NCBI GenBank assembly: GCA_965224705.1
Contig: OZ245056.1
Coordinates: 2,144,001-2,208,000 of the forward strand
Length of the DNA stretch: 64,000 bases
Direction of reading: 5' to 3'
DNA from: Spirochaetaceae bacterium
GTDB taxonomy: Bacteria; Spirochaetota; Spirochaetia; DSM-2461
In this document: positions 30,558 through 40,728 of the stretch, piece by piece
Position numbering within the stretch: the first letter of the stretch is position 1
Layout of the letters: the number at the start of each line of letters is the position of its first letter
The notes under the pieces: model-generated
The model's input: only the letters and a program-made list of their open reading frames with translations
Databases searched by the model: none
Told to the model about the DNA's origin: nothing
Program-made: the position numbers and the translations under genes

Positions 30558-31683
30558 TCAGATGGCCCGGGATGTTCGTATCCAGATGTCCCACCAGGGA
30601 AAACTCTCCGGCAGACTGATCCAGACTCGGCGAACCGTAATCTTTACAGCGGCCGAAACTTTAAGCATCCTTAATCGGATTGTAGAGGACATGCTTCGGG
30701 TTTCATCACCGCTGACCTGCAGAATTGTTCTTCGAAGATGGACAAAGAAAATATAGGCGATTGTCGAGAAATACAATCGGAGCTGATTCGAACTCACCCA
30801 ATAGCTGGAAGTGCGGTCGGCAAACAGATAAAGTTGCTGTTCTTTGATGCGATTCTCCATATCGCCGCGTGCACAGTAGACATCACCTCACACTGTTTCA
30901 GGATACTCTCACGGCAGAAGCCCGAGTCTCCACGGAAAATGATACGGACATCAGGAAATCTGGCCCTGATCGCGCCAACCAGATTGACCAGAATCCCTTC
31001 CCTGGTTTTTTCATCCAGCTCATGGCCGAGTTCCAATCTGTTCAGGGTGCTTTTTCCGGCAAATGGAGTTTTATCATCCCGCCCGCATATATATTGAAGC
31101 AGCGGATCATCGCGCAATCGTTCATGATCATTGAGATCTTCATAGCCCTGACAGATTCCGAAGATTCTCTGTTTCAGAAGAGCACCCAGGCTATGTGTAA
31201 TTTTATTCTGGTCTCTTTTATCGATGAAGAAATCTAACAGCTTTTCAATCATTCTGTGCTTCTGCTCAACCTGCTGGAGCAGAAGAAATCCGGCATCGGA
31301 GCAGGGCAATCGCATCTAAAATCCACATTATAGAAGCCGTATTCATATTTTTTCAACCGCAGAGGACGCAGAGTGTTCAAGGTAATTATTGACCAATCCT
31401 TTTATTTTTCTCTGCGCACCTCTGCGATCTCTGCGGTTAATTACTGCTTTTAGGAGATTCCATATTCTTTGAGAAACCATGAAAGCCTTATTCATGGTCT
31501 TTTATTCTTTTGGGGATGGAATTAGATGCAATTGCCCTGGGCATCGGAACTGTTGACCTTGCCGTCATTCTTTACAATAATTTTGCGGGATTTTCCGATT
31601 TCCAGCCCTTGCAATTCGAGCTGATGGGCTTTACACTCTGTATTAGCAAAGCGGGCTTCTTTTCGTTTGATATTTTTTTTCAT
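30558..31683 (-). pseudogene. IS1380 transposase pseudogene (MITE insertion, internal deletions, frameshift)
   Basis: TEC...QLELQG...SSDA/G.LLL, QRIFGI..GYEDLNDH.RLR.DP, STLNRLE, RGDSGF, YC.RG.MENRIKE, spread over several frames. Confidence 0.85.
31302..31539. mobile_element. 238-bp MITE, family 3 (ISAs1-type CAGGG ends), inserted in the IS1380 transposase gene
   Basis: TIR CAGGGCAATCGCATCTAA / TTAGATGCAATTGCCCTG; flanks GGCATCGGAG and GGCATCGGAA form a 10-bp duplication with 1 mismatch. Confidence 0.85.
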
Positions 31684-31741
31684 GTAAATATTTTAGCATG
31701 GGAAGCCTGCTTTGTCTCAAGGTCTTGGTGAGAAATAGGGG

Positions 31742-31813
31742 TTAAGTTTTGTCGACTTGCATCAGGAAGAAATCATCAAGAATCGCCTTGAAGTCTTAAA
31801 TCCCGACAGACTC
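31742..31813 (-). repeat. Left-end fragment of MITE family 1 abutting the IS1380 end
   Basis: Reverse complement gagtctgtcgggatttaagacttcaaggcgatt...cctgat aligns with 45337-45410. Confidence 0.75.
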
Positions 31814-31939
31814 CTTGGAAAGCGAAAAAGAGAGATTTCCAATCATGCTGATTTTTCATCATCTGATGAATGAATATCCCTGGAAAACCCGGATTGGCTT
31901 CTCCCCTTCAGAGAGCAATCTTTATTTCCCTACAAATGA

Positions 31940-31967
31940 TTCATATTTGGTTCATATCTGATTCATA
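31940..31967 (+). promoter_or_regulatory. Three TTCATA direct repeats at 11-bp pitch; putative OmpR/PhoB-type regulator site
   Basis: TTCATA at 31940, 31951 and 31962, about 40 bp upstream of the ABC operon. Confidence 0.55.
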
Positions 31968-32008
31968 CGATTGGTTAATCGTACAGGAGAATAAGTATTG
32001 GAGGAGTT

Positions 32009-33277
32009 TTGGTACATTTACACTACGCAGGGGCCGAATATTCCTACCGCTGGCGGCGCTATCTGGCGGCAATTCTCAGCATGGCCTTGGGTCTGGCTCT
32101 CTTTTTGAGCTTACAGGCATACGCCAGTGCTTATCGACAGGCGGCGCGAGCACCGTTAACCCAAATAGGAGCCGATATTGCCGTTCAGCGGCAGGGAGAT
32201 ATTCCTTTGGCGTTTGAGGGACCGGTATTTCCTCATTCAACCGCGCCCATTCATCCCGATGAAATATCCGCCATCAAAAAAATTCCCGGCGTTGTAAAGG
32301 TTGGCCAGGCCGTTCTATTTTGGGACTTTGGTCCTGATCAGTTTTCAGTGGTACTGGGACTTGAACCGGCCTCTTCTGTGGACGAGGCCACCGGTCCGGC
32401 GCGCCTGCAATCCGCCGTTGTGGAGGGACGGTTTCTGCTCTTGAATGAACGCGGCGCGGCGGCGGCGGATATAAGTTTTGCCCAGGAACACAATATCGGA
32501 TTAGGGGATTCTCTTGGTATAGCCAATAAAACTTTTACCATCGTGGGATTGGTTGATACCAGTTATGCCGGACAAGTAGCCAATGCCAACCTTTACATTC
32601 CCCTGGCCGATGCCCGCGATATCGCCAGTACGGCATCCAACGTGTTGTCCGTGCATGACTTTCGTCCAAATGATGCCAATATCCTGTTTGTTAAGGCCAA
32701 TCAGGCGCGGGCCGAGCGGGTAACAGCCGCTATTGCCAGCTTACTCGGTGAGCAAGCATTGATTTCTTCAAGCCGCTCTTTCATTGAAGTTTTAGGAGCC
32801 GGATTTGCGCTGATAGATCGGTTTAGCTGGCTTGTTGGATTGCTGGGAATGCTGATTGCCGTGGCGGGATACCTGCGTTCAGTCGCGGTTAGCCTGGGCG
32901 AACGCGGCCGCGACATTGCCCTGATGCGCGCCCTGGGGTGGCAAAGACGCGATATTATGAGTCAAATAATAGCAGAAGTACTGATACTTTTCATCCTCGG
33001 CGCACTTGTGGGTATAGGATTATCCCTTATCGCCACCCTAATCCTGAGTCAGGGGGAGGTCAACATTCCTGTGCCATGGGAACTAAGCCCAACCCCTCAT
33101 TTTCTGCCCGGAGGTGCCGAGGAAATGGGATTGACCATTCCCCTTCCGGCTCGAATCCATGGATCAGCAATTCTTACATCTCTGGTATTAGCGTTCATTT
33201 CCTGTTTAGGTGTTGGCATTATGATGGTCAGGCAGGCTGCGAATAAAAAACCCGTGGAGGCATTAAAAAATGAGTGA
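32009..33277 (+). CDS. ABC transporter permease (MacB/FtsX family)
   Basis: TTG start after GGAGG; TM, periplasmic domain, ERGRDIALMRALGW plus 3 TMs. Confidence 0.88.
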   Translation: MVHLHYAGAEYSYRWRRYLAAILSMALGLALFLSLQAYASAYRQAARAPLTQIGADIAVQRQGDIPLAFEGPVFPHSTAPIHPDEISAIKKIPGVVKVGQAVLFWDFGPDQFSVVLGLEPASSVDEATGPARLQSAVVEGRFLLLNERGAAAADISFAQEHNIGLGDSLGIANKTFTIVGLVDTSYAGQVANANLYIPLADARDIASTASNVLSVHDFRPNDANILFVKANQARAERVTAAIASLLGEQALISSSRSFIEVLGAGFALIDRFSWLVGLLGMLIAVAGYLRSVAVSLGERGRDIALMRALGWQRRDIMSQIIAEVLILFILGALVGIGLSLIATLILSQGEVNIPVPWELSPTPHFLPGGAEEMGLTIPLPARIHGSAILTSLVLAFISCLGVGIMMVRQAANKKPVEALKNE

Positions 33278-33977
33278 GGTTCTACAAGCAAAAAATCTGT
33301 ATAAAACATTTGCTAACATTACCGCTGTGCGGGATGTTTCCGTGGATATTTATCCTGCTGATTTTTTGGCCATCACCGGAAAATCAGGATCCGGCAAAAC
33401 AACGGCCCTTCATCTTCTGGCTGGTCTGGATAAACCCTCTTCGGGGCAGATTCTGTTTCAGAGCCAGGACATCAGCGGTTTCAGCGAAGATGAACTGGCT
33501 CTCTGGCGTCGGGAACATGTGGGCCTGGTGTTTCAGGCCTTCCATCTTATTCCGGCCCTCTCCGCTCTGGAAAACGCGGCTTTTCCGCTTTATCCAACGG
33601 CTAAAACAACTCATCAGCGGTATCAGTTGGCAAGGGAGCGCCTGCAGCAGGTGGGCCTTGGGCTTCGCCTTCATCATCGTCCCGGCAAACTTAGCGGCGG
33701 CGAACAGCAGAGGGTGGCCATCGCGCGGGCATTGATCAACAATCCCGGAATCATACTGGCCGACGAACCAACCGGGAATCTGGACAGCGAAACAGGAGAA
33801 GGGGTCATCAAGCTGCTGCAGAAACTCAATCAGGAAGAAAAAGTGGCCATCGTTATAATAACCCATGATTCGGAAGTGGCCGCCGCTGCGAAACGGGTTG
33901 TGGAAATGAAAGACGGCGGTCTTGTCGGGCCGTCAAATGGAAAAAAAGCATTGGAGGATAAAAATGAACAAGTTTAA
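33270..33977 (+). CDS. ABC transporter ATP-binding protein (LolD/MacB type)
   Basis: [38 protein letters not shown]. Confidence 0.96.
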   Translation: MSEVLQAKNLYKTFANITAVRDVSVDIYPADFLAITGKSGSGKTTALHLLAGLDKPSSGQILFQSQDISGFSEDELALWRREHVGLVFQAFHLIPALSALENAAFPLYPTAKTTHQRYQLARERLQQVGLGLRLHHRPGKLSGGEQQRVAIARALINNPGIILADEPTGNLDSETGEGVIKLLQKLNQEEKVAIVIITHDSEVAAAAKRVVEMKDGGLVGPSNGKKALEDKNEQV

Positions 33978-34389
33978 ATACCTGGTATTGATCACCCTGA
34001 TTATCGCGGTCGGGCATAGTCCGATCATGGCACTTCCCGGCGTTTCATCGAAAACAGCAACAGTGGAAATTCTTTATCTTAACCACTGGCCGGTGAAAAA
34101 AGTTCTGAACGATGTAGACAAGATACTCCTTGACTACGGGAAACGTCTTAATATTATCCGCTATGACTATGACACGCCGGAAGGAAAGAAATTCGTTCGG
34201 AAACGAAAACTGCATGGGCATGTGCCTTTGGCCATATTTATCAACGATTCAATGGAATTCAAAATAAAGAATCAAAAAGTTAAGTTCTACAGCTTCCCCC
34301 AAGGGCAGGGAACACCACTGGCTGCTGATGGAGGATGGACAATGGAAGACCTAAAACAAGTTCTAGAACAGGTTTTAGCCGAAAAATGA
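33964..34389 (+). CDS. Small exported protein, possibly thioredoxin-like fold without cysteines
   Basis: Signal peptide; VEILYLNHWPV ... HVPLAIFIN ... GWT.EDL; overlaps both neighbours in the operon. Confidence 0.65.
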   Translation: MNKFKYLVLITLIIAVGHSPIMALPGVSSKTATVEILYLNHWPVKKVLNDVDKILLDYGKRLNIIRYDYDTPEGKKFVRKRKLHGHVPLAIFINDSMEFKIKNQKVKFYSFPQGQGTPLAADGGWTMEDLKQVLEQVLAEK

Positions 34390-35603
34390 CACGCTCCTGT
34401 GCTCTCGCGCAGTTCCTCTATCGGCCGGCAAGAACACTGGGCGTGATCGGGGCAGTTAGTCTGGGCGCGGCACTGTTTGTTGCCCTGACCGCCCTTGGAA
34501 ATGGATTCCGCCGAGCCGCAGAAGCTCCTTTGGCGGATGTGGCTGCGGATTTACTGGTGACCCGCCCGCTAGCCGATGAAAAAGCCGCCGCGCAAACAAC
34601 ACGAGGAATAAGGCTGCCCTTTGGTTCCGGTCTATTTCGACCGGATGAAGCGGCGCAAATCCAATCTGTTGACGGAGTCGCCGATCTGGCCGCCGTACTG
34701 GAAATATGGGACTTCGGTGCCAGTCGGTATCAGGTTATTCAGGGAATTCCCCCCGGTCAAAACCATATAGGGCCAGGGTACGCGCTGCAGAGCGAATTGG
34801 TCGCCGGGCGTATTTTTCGAGAAGATGAAACAGCGGCCGCTGTGGCGGACCGGCATTATGCGGCTCTTTTGGGTTTGAAACCAGGCTCGGAAGTAGGTAT
34901 TGGCAGCAGCCGTTTTCAAATAGTGGGTATTGTTGATCAGCAGGGAAAAAATCAGGCTGCGGCCGCCAATTTATACATTCCCCTGATAGAAGCACAGAGA
35001 TTGGTCAATATAAAGAGCCAGCAAGTCAATCAGCTATACATTCGTGTTAACAATGCTAGCCGGATTGATGCTATTGCCGCCGAACTCACTGAGCAATTGG
35101 GAACAATCAGTGTAATCAGCCAAAACAGCATTTTGCAAGTGATGGGTGGAATGGCCCGTATTTCGGCGAAATTTTCTCATCTGGCCGGATGGGTGGGAAT
35201 GATTGGCGGCAGCCTTCTGGTCTGGACGGCTCTTGCCGGACTGCTTGCCGAGCGGCGGAGGGACATCGGAATCATGAAGGCCACAGGCTGGACAGGGGGG
35301 GATATAATTCGAGTTTTTATGGCTGAGTTTTTTCTGATGGGACTCATTGGGGCCTCGCTTGGCCTCGTTCTTGGCCTGTTTTGGGCGGATCTGTTGGGAA
35401 ATTTACCGGTTCCAAATACTTCCGTGACTGAAACACTCCCCGGTCTGACGTTTGAGGCGGATGCATTGGTTGAAACACTGCCGACAACAGTGCCGCCGGG
35501 TACTCTTCTCCTCTCCCTGTGTGTGGCCGTTTTCAACGTGCTGCTGACTGGATGGCTTTCCCTTCGTCAGGCCGTCAGAATGAACCTAATTGATATGAAG
35601 TAG
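34386..35603 (+). CDS. Second ABC transporter permease (MacB/FtsX family)
   Basis: ATGA-coupled start; ERRRDIGIMKATGW; paralogous to 32009-33277 (shared ANLYIPL..A motif). Confidence 0.88.
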   Translation: MTRSCALAQFLYRPARTLGVIGAVSLGAALFVALTALGNGFRRAAEAPLADVAADLLVTRPLADEKAAAQTTRGIRLPFGSGLFRPDEAAQIQSVDGVADLAAVLEIWDFGASRYQVIQGIPPGQNHIGPGYALQSELVAGRIFREDETAAAVADRHYAALLGLKPGSEVGIGSSRFQIVGIVDQQGKNQAAAANLYIPLIEAQRLVNIKSQQVNQLYIRVNNASRIDAIAAELTEQLGTISVISQNSILQVMGGMARISAKFSHLAGWVGMIGGSLLVWTALAGLLAERRRDIGIMKATGWTGGDIIRVFMAEFFLMGLIGASLGLVLGLFWADLLGNLPVPNTSVTETLPGLTFEADALVETLPTTVPPGTLLLSLCVAVFNVLLTGWLSLRQAVRMNLIDMK

Positions 35604-35621
35604 TTGTTCGTTGTTGTATTA

Positions 35622-35654
35622 AGGGGAAGCTCTAAACGTTTTTAGAGCTCCCCT
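35622..35654. repeat. Short palindrome after the ABC operon (terminator-like or collapsed MITE)
   Basis: AGGGGAAGCTCTAAA-cgtt-TTTAGAGCTCCCCT; a related half-site TAGGGCACCTCTA is at 30328. Confidence 0.5.
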
Positions 35655-35709
35655 ACAGGGTAAAGAGGAGCGATTTGTTTTTCATTTTACCCCGGTGCAT
35701 TCCTCCTGG

Positions 35710-35990
35710 TTAAATCTCGCCGTGGAAGAACGAATACGCAGACAAATCTGGAGAAGCAAAGAAGAATTGGAGAAAGCGATTATAGCTGGTTATCCGTACA
35801 AAATGAGTCAGAATCACACTTTTTTCCTTCCGTGAGGCTTTTCTATACCGTACAGCCTCATCTCTTGTTAATTCCCGTCTGGTTTTCATTGTCAACCTCA
35901 TAACTCGACCTCTTACCTCAAAGGTCGTTCGAGTAGATTTTAGTTATGAGGCAACCACACACTTTCGAGTAGATTAATTATGAGACAATT
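35710..35990 (-). pseudogene. 5' remnant of an rve/ISNCY-like transposase with its repeated left-end motifs
   Basis: MRLTMKTRREL....A.RYRKASRKEKS.IL..F...T.YNR; tandem end motifs TTCGAGTAGATT..TTATGAG.CAA at 35928 and 35964. Confidence 0.65.
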
Positions 35991-36033
35991 CGAGTCCTTT
36001 TCAATACTCCCGGAATACTGTATCCTTTCCCAC

Positions 36034-36615
36034 ATGGGATTACCAACAAGGAAAGATGCATTAGCACTCTTAAGAACTTATACTAAATCCGAGAATCTGA
36101 TTAATCATGCAAAGGCTGTGGAAGCCGTCATGAGGTTCTATGCTGAGAAGCATGGAGAGGATCCAGACAAATGGGGACTTATCGGATTAGTTCACGATCT
36201 GGACTGGGAGCAGTTCCCTGAGGAACATTGTGATCGGACAGGTTCAATTCTACGTGATGAGGGATGGCCTGAGGATTGGATTCGTTCGATCCGCAGCCAT
36301 GCCTGGGAAATGTTTACCAGCGAAAAACCAGAATCACAGATGGAAAAAGTTCTCTACACTATTGATGAACTGACTGGACTCATCCATGCGACGGCACTTG
36401 TTCGTCCTTCCAGGAGTATTCTTGACATGAAAATCAAGTCGATTAAGAAGAAGTGGAAGGAACGATCCTTTGCGGCGGGAGCCGATCGCGATCTCATCAC
36501 CAGGGGGGCAGAAATGCTGAATGAGCCACTTGATGATGTTATTACAAACACATTGACTGGTATGCAGATGGTTGCGAAGGAAATTGGATTGGCGGGGAGT
36601 GTTGACAGTGCATAG
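36034..36615 (+). CDS. HD/HDIG-domain hydrolase
   Basis: NH..AVEAVM, GLVHDLDWE, IRSH, DELTGLI.A.ALVRPS, FAAG. Confidence 0.88.
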   Translation: MGLPTRKDALALLRTYTKSENLINHAKAVEAVMRFYAEKHGEDPDKWGLIGLVHDLDWEQFPEEHCDRTGSILRDEGWPEDWIRSIRSHAWEMFTSEKPESQMEKVLYTIDELTGLIHATALVRPSRSILDMKIKSIKKKWKERSFAAGADRDLITRGAEMLNEPLDDVITNTLTGMQMVAKEIGLAGSVDSA

Positions 36616-36861
36616 AGAGGAACCTGTGAAGTTCCTCGTGCGACCCTGTAAGTGAAGCTGTGATGTGAAATTGAATGTTCAAATAGAGGCATGAAAAGAT
36701 CTTCTATTATGGGATTTACAATGTGTTCATCGAATTCAACGGCTTCGTATCCATAGTTCCTTCCCATCCAGAACAGTTTTCAATGGGGGAAAATGCGATG
36801 CTTCACCTTCTTCTGAAAACATGATACAATTCCTGAAAGCTATACAAAAGGGAACCAGAGC

Positions 36862-37857
36862 ATGACCTTCAGCGAAAAAATGATAGAAAAAGCATGTACA
36901 ATGGGCAGTACCCTTGTTCTTCCTGAAAGCACGGAACCGCGAACATTAAACGCCGCCCGGATCATCATTGATAAAAAAATTGCCGGGACTGTTTACCTTG
37001 TCGGTGATGCTGATGCTGTAGAACAAGCCGCCAACAGTGCCGGAGTGAGTACAGATGGCTTTTCCATTGTCAACCCGGGGACGGCTGACAAACTGGGATT
37101 CTACGCCAGAGAATACCATGCTTTGAGGAAACACAAGGGGCTGAGTTCAGATGAAGCTCGGGAAAAAATCATGGATCCGATCAACTGGGGGGCCATGATG
37201 GTTGCACAGGGGGATGCCGATGCTCTGGTGGCCGGAGCAGAGAGTGCCACAGCGAAAGTATTGGTTGCCGGTTTTACAATTATTAAAACAGCACCGGGAG
37301 TGCGTTCGGCATCATCGTGTTTTGTTATGGATTTCCCGGACAAACAGAGGGGTGAACATGGTTTGTTTATTTTTTCGGACTGTGCCACTATCCCGGAACC
37401 CACAGTCGATCAATTAGTAGAAATCACTCTGGCCGCAGCATTATCCTGCCGTACTTATCTTCAAACCGAACCCAGAGTCGCCATGCTTTCCTTTTCCACG
37501 AAAGGATCAGCATCACACCCTCTGGTTGACAGAGTTCTCAATGCGTTAGAACTTGTACGTCAGAGAGAGCCGGATTTGATTGTTGATGGGGAATTGCAGC
37601 TGGATGCCGCAATCGTTCCTTCTGTTGGTGAGAAAAAGGCGCCCGGTTCACCTGTTGCAGGGCGGGCAAACACCCTCATTTTCCCAGATCTTCAATCCGG
37701 AAACATTGGCTACAAACTTGCTCAACAGTTTTCAGGAGCTGGTGCCTATGGTCCATTTCTTCAGGGATTCAATAAACCAGTCAGTGATCTTTCCAGAGGT
37801 GCCTCTGTTGATGACATTGTCAATACCTGTGCTGTCACTCTGGTCCAGGTGAAGTAA
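36862..37857 (+). CDS. pta: Phosphate acetyltransferase
   Basis: LVLPE, SSCFVM, FSDC, PRVAMLSFSTKGS, DGELQLDAA, GNIGYK, DLSRG. Confidence 0.96.
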   Translation: MTFSEKMIEKACTMGSTLVLPESTEPRTLNAARIIIDKKIAGTVYLVGDADAVEQAANSAGVSTDGFSIVNPGTADKLGFYAREYHALRKHKGLSSDEAREKIMDPINWGAMMVAQGDADALVAGAESATAKVLVAGFTIIKTAPGVRSASSCFVMDFPDKQRGEHGLFIFSDCATIPEPTVDQLVEITLAAALSCRTYLQTEPRVAMLSFSTKGSASHPLVDRVLNALELVRQREPDLIVDGELQLDAAIVPSVGEKKAPGSPVAGRANTLIFPDLQSGNIGYKLAQQFSGAGAYGPFLQGFNKPVSDLSRGASVDDIVNTCAVTLVQVK

Positions 37858-37858
37858 G

Positions 37859-38614
37859 ATGAAAGTTGTAATTACAGGCTATGGACGAATGGGAAAAATG
37901 GTTGAGGAGCATCTCAATAGGCGAGGGCATTCTGTGCTGCAGCGAGTGGATTCTGCTGGTTCAGGTGATGTTGAAAGGCTGACGAGTTCTGTCCTTGAAG
38001 GAGCCGATGGTGTTATTGAGTTTGCTCTGGCCGGGGGGATGGCAGACCGATTGGAAGTCTATGCCGCTTCCGGCTTGCCCGTTGTTATCGGTACTACTGG
38101 CTGGGACAGCCTGGCTGACAGGGCCAGATCTCTCTATGAGAATAATTCTGGTGCCCTGCTGCAGGGATCTAACTTCTCAATAGGTGCCCATATCTTTTTT
38201 CACTTAACAGCTGCTGCCGCCAGACTTATTAACAGGCTGGAGGAATATGATGTTTCCCTGACTGAGTACCACCACAGAGGTAAGGCCGATTATCCATCAG
38301 GAACCGCCATTACGGCGGCTCAAGGTGTACTGACAGAACTGGACAGGAAGAATAGAATAATGAAGGATTTACCGGATGGTCCTATTCCCGGAGATGCCAT
38401 CCAGGTTGCAGCTGTCCGTGTTGGATCTGTTCCTGGTATACATGAGATGAGGATGGATTCTTCATCTGATTTCCTCACAATTGAACATCAGGCTCGCCAG
38501 CGTGGAGGATTTGCTTCAGGTGCGGTTCTTGGTTTAGAATGGCTGAGGAATAAAACTGGTTGGCATGGAGCCGATGAATTCTTTAAAGATTTTCTGAAAG
38601 GACCACCTCTGTAA
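37859..38614 (+). CDS. dapB: 4-hydroxy-tetrahydrodipicolinate reductase
   Basis: GYGRMG, VIGTTGW, NFSIG, EYHH..KAD.PSGTA, R.GFA.GA. Confidence 0.93.
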   Translation: MKVVITGYGRMGKMVEEHLNRRGHSVLQRVDSAGSGDVERLTSSVLEGADGVIEFALAGGMADRLEVYAASGLPVVIGTTGWDSLADRARSLYENNSGALLQGSNFSIGAHIFFHLTAAAARLINRLEEYDVSLTEYHHRGKADYPSGTAITAAQGVLTELDRKNRIMKDLPDGPIPGDAIQVAAVRVGSVPGIHEMRMDSSSDFLTIEHQARQRGGFASGAVLGLEWLRNKTGWHGADEFFKDFLKGPPL

Positions 38615-38706
38615 AACGGTCATGGTGATCCGGAGAAGAGATTGTTGCTGATACATGACAGTTCCGGAATGGAAGTTTTTTCAGAGATGCTTGATGTAAC
38701 AGGAGG

Positions 38707-39588
38707 ATGGAAATGTATTCAGGTGTTTTAACGGCGTTGGTAACACCCTTTAGAAAAGATGGCTCAATAGATGGCGAAGCTCTTGACCGTTTAATTGACT
38801 TCCAGATTGATAACGGTGTCAATGCTCTGGTTCCAATGGGAACCACAGGTGAGAGCCCGACAGTGAGTCATGAAGAGAATCTGGCTGTTGTGGAACGTGT
38901 ACTCCGCAAAGCTGATGGCAGGATTCCTGTCATTGCAGGAACGGGATCAAACAGTACCGATGAAGCAATTCGCATGACGAGAATCGCAAAGAATCTTGGG
39001 GCGAGTGCCAGCCTGCAAGTTGCTCCTTATTACAACAAACCAACACAGGAAGGACTTTTCCGGCACTATACTGCTATCGCTGATGCTATTGATTTACCTC
39101 TCGTTGTTTACAATATAAAAGGTAGGACAGGGGTCAACATCGAAACCTCAACACTATTAAGAATTGCTGCTCACCCGAATGTTGTTGCTGTCAAGGAGGC
39201 TTCTGGGGAACTGAGTCAGATGATGGATGTGCTGGAATCCAAACCTGGGAACTTTGCTGTTTTTTCAGGTGATGACAACATGGCCCTCCCCCTTACGTTG
39301 ATGGGAGGTGATGGTGTTATTTCCGTTGCATCGAACATTATCCCCAGGCAGATGAGTGAAATGATCAATGCCGCAATCAACGGTAAACTGGCTCAAGCCA
39401 GATCCATGCATTTTGAATTGCTCCCTCTCTTCAAAGCCATGTTTCTGGAAACAAACCCCATTCCAGTGAAGTATTGTCTTTCAAAGATGGGCATGATAGA
39501 ACCTATCTGGAGGCTTCCCCTCTGCCCTCCCATACATGATACAGTCAAGGAGCTTGATCGGATGCTGAAAAACATGAACCTGGGTTAA
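38707..39588 (+). CDS. dapA: 4-hydroxy-tetrahydrodipicolinate synthase
   Basis: ALVTPF, GTTGES, PYYNKP, YNI.GRTG, VKEASG, SGDD, NPIPVK. Confidence 0.97.
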   Translation: MEMYSGVLTALVTPFRKDGSIDGEALDRLIDFQIDNGVNALVPMGTTGESPTVSHEENLAVVERVLRKADGRIPVIAGTGSNSTDEAIRMTRIAKNLGASASLQVAPYYNKPTQEGLFRHYTAIADAIDLPLVVYNIKGRTGVNIETSTLLRIAAHPNVVAVKEASGELSQMMDVLESKPGNFAVFSGDDNMALPLTLMGGDGVISVASNIIPRQMSEMINAAINGKLAQARSMHFELLPLFKAMFLETNPIPVKYCLSKMGMIEPIWRLPLCPPIHDTVKELDRMLKNMNLG

Positions 39589-39756
39589 CCGGCTTGTCGT
39601 CCGCCTCGTCAGGCCAACCTGTGCAGTATCATATTCACAAACCCCAATATATCCAGGGCAGGCAGCATTCTTCTTACAGAAATGCTGGAATAAGCAGCCA
39701 GAAAGTATTGCATGTCAACAACCCGAAAATTGTCCGTCACTCAATGTGCACCATAG

Positions 39757-39809
39757 GAGTCTGTCGGACTTTAAGACTTCGAGCCGTGAGGCGTAAGTCC
39801 GACAGACTC
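39757..39809. mobile_element. 53-bp MITE, family 1, with 4-bp target duplication ATAG
   Basis: Perfect 15-bp TIR GAGTCTGTCGGACTT / AAGTCCGACAGACTC; ATAG on both flanks. Confidence 0.87.
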
Positions 39810-39946
39810 ATAGAATACTGCCGGTAAGGGGTTCTTAACGGATTCAGATGTGACGGTCCCGGGTATAGACATGATAATGATATTTCCTGTACATTTTTCA
39901 GTGCAGTGATGATTGCAATTCATTCCATGTTTTCTAAGGAGGAAAA

Positions 39947-40468
39947 TTGGGCGTAAAAGATATGCGGATCAATGAAGTTATTCGCGTTCCTGAAGTTAGA
40001 CTCATAAATCAGAATGGAGAACAGGCGGGTATTGTACCTGTTGCTGATGCCCTGGATATGGCCAGAGATCTGGGATTAGATCTGGTGGAGGTTTCACCAC
40101 AGGCGAAGCCGCCAGTTTGCAAAATACTGGATTATGGCAAGTACAAATACGAACTGGAAAAGAAATCCAGGGATCAGAAGAAGAAATCAAGTCAGGTGAA
40201 ACTGAAAGAAGTTCGTATGCAGCCTAAAATTGAGCAGCATGACATGGCGTTCAAGGCAAAGCATGTTCAAGAGTTCCTGGATCAGGGAAACAACGTCAAA
40301 GTAACTATCCGCTTTAGAGGACGTGAATTTGTACATACGGAGTTGGGTAAGAATAAACTTGATAGAATACTGGAAATCCTTAATGATGATTCATTTAAGG
40401 TCGACAGTCCTCCACGAATGGAGGGCCGTTTCATGAATATGATGCTCAGCCCGAAGTCAAAAAAATAG
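39947..40468 (+). CDS. infC: Translation initiation factor IF-3 (TTG start)
   Basis: [57 protein letters not shown]. Confidence 0.98.
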   Translation: MGVKDMRINEVIRVPEVRLINQNGEQAGIVPVADALDMARDLGLDLVEVSPQAKPPVCKILDYGKYKYELEKKSRDQKKKSSQVKLKEVRMQPKIEQHDMAFKAKHVQEFLDQGNNVKVTIRFRGREFVHTELGKNKLDRILEILNDDSFKVDSPPRMEGRFMNMMLSPKSKK

Positions 40469-40506
40469 GCTGACAGAGTTGAGCTGAAGGAGAACAGGGT
40501 AAACAC

Positions 40507-40704
40507 ATGCCTAAATTTAAAACAAGAAAAAGTGCCGCCAGGCGTTTTAAGAAAACAGCTACCGGGAAGTTTAAGTATAAGAGTCAGGGTACTCGTCACA
40601 TCCTTACCAAGAAATCCCCGAAAAGGAAGCGGAATCTCAGACACAGGGTCGTTGTCAGTCAAACAGAAGTGCCTCGCTTGAAACGTATGCTGACCTACAT
40701 GTAA
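40507..40704 (+). CDS. rpmI: 50S ribosomal protein L35
   Basis: [21 protein letters not shown]...[14 protein letters not shown]. Confidence 0.98.
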   Translation: MPKFKTRKSAARRFKKTATGKFKYKSQGTRHILTKKSPKRKRNLRHRVVVSQTEVPRLKRMLTYM

Positions 40705-40728
40705 AAAACAGATATTCAGGAGATAATT

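Larger units (their letters stand above)
30342..31741 (-). mobile_element. Decayed IS1380-family element
   Basis: Perfect 17-bp terminal IR CCCCTATTTCTCACCAA (30342-30358) / TTGGTGAGAAATAGGGG (31725-31741) enclosing transposase remnants. Confidence 0.85.

Noticed and set aside
38615..38706. Lysine riboswitch before dapA
   Set aside because: Only about 90 bp, too short, and lacking the conserved AGAGG-led core.
39810..39949. L20 leader RNA or ATT start for infC
   Set aside because: No convincing structure recognised; the ATT next to the RBS is out of frame, and the in-frame start is TTG.
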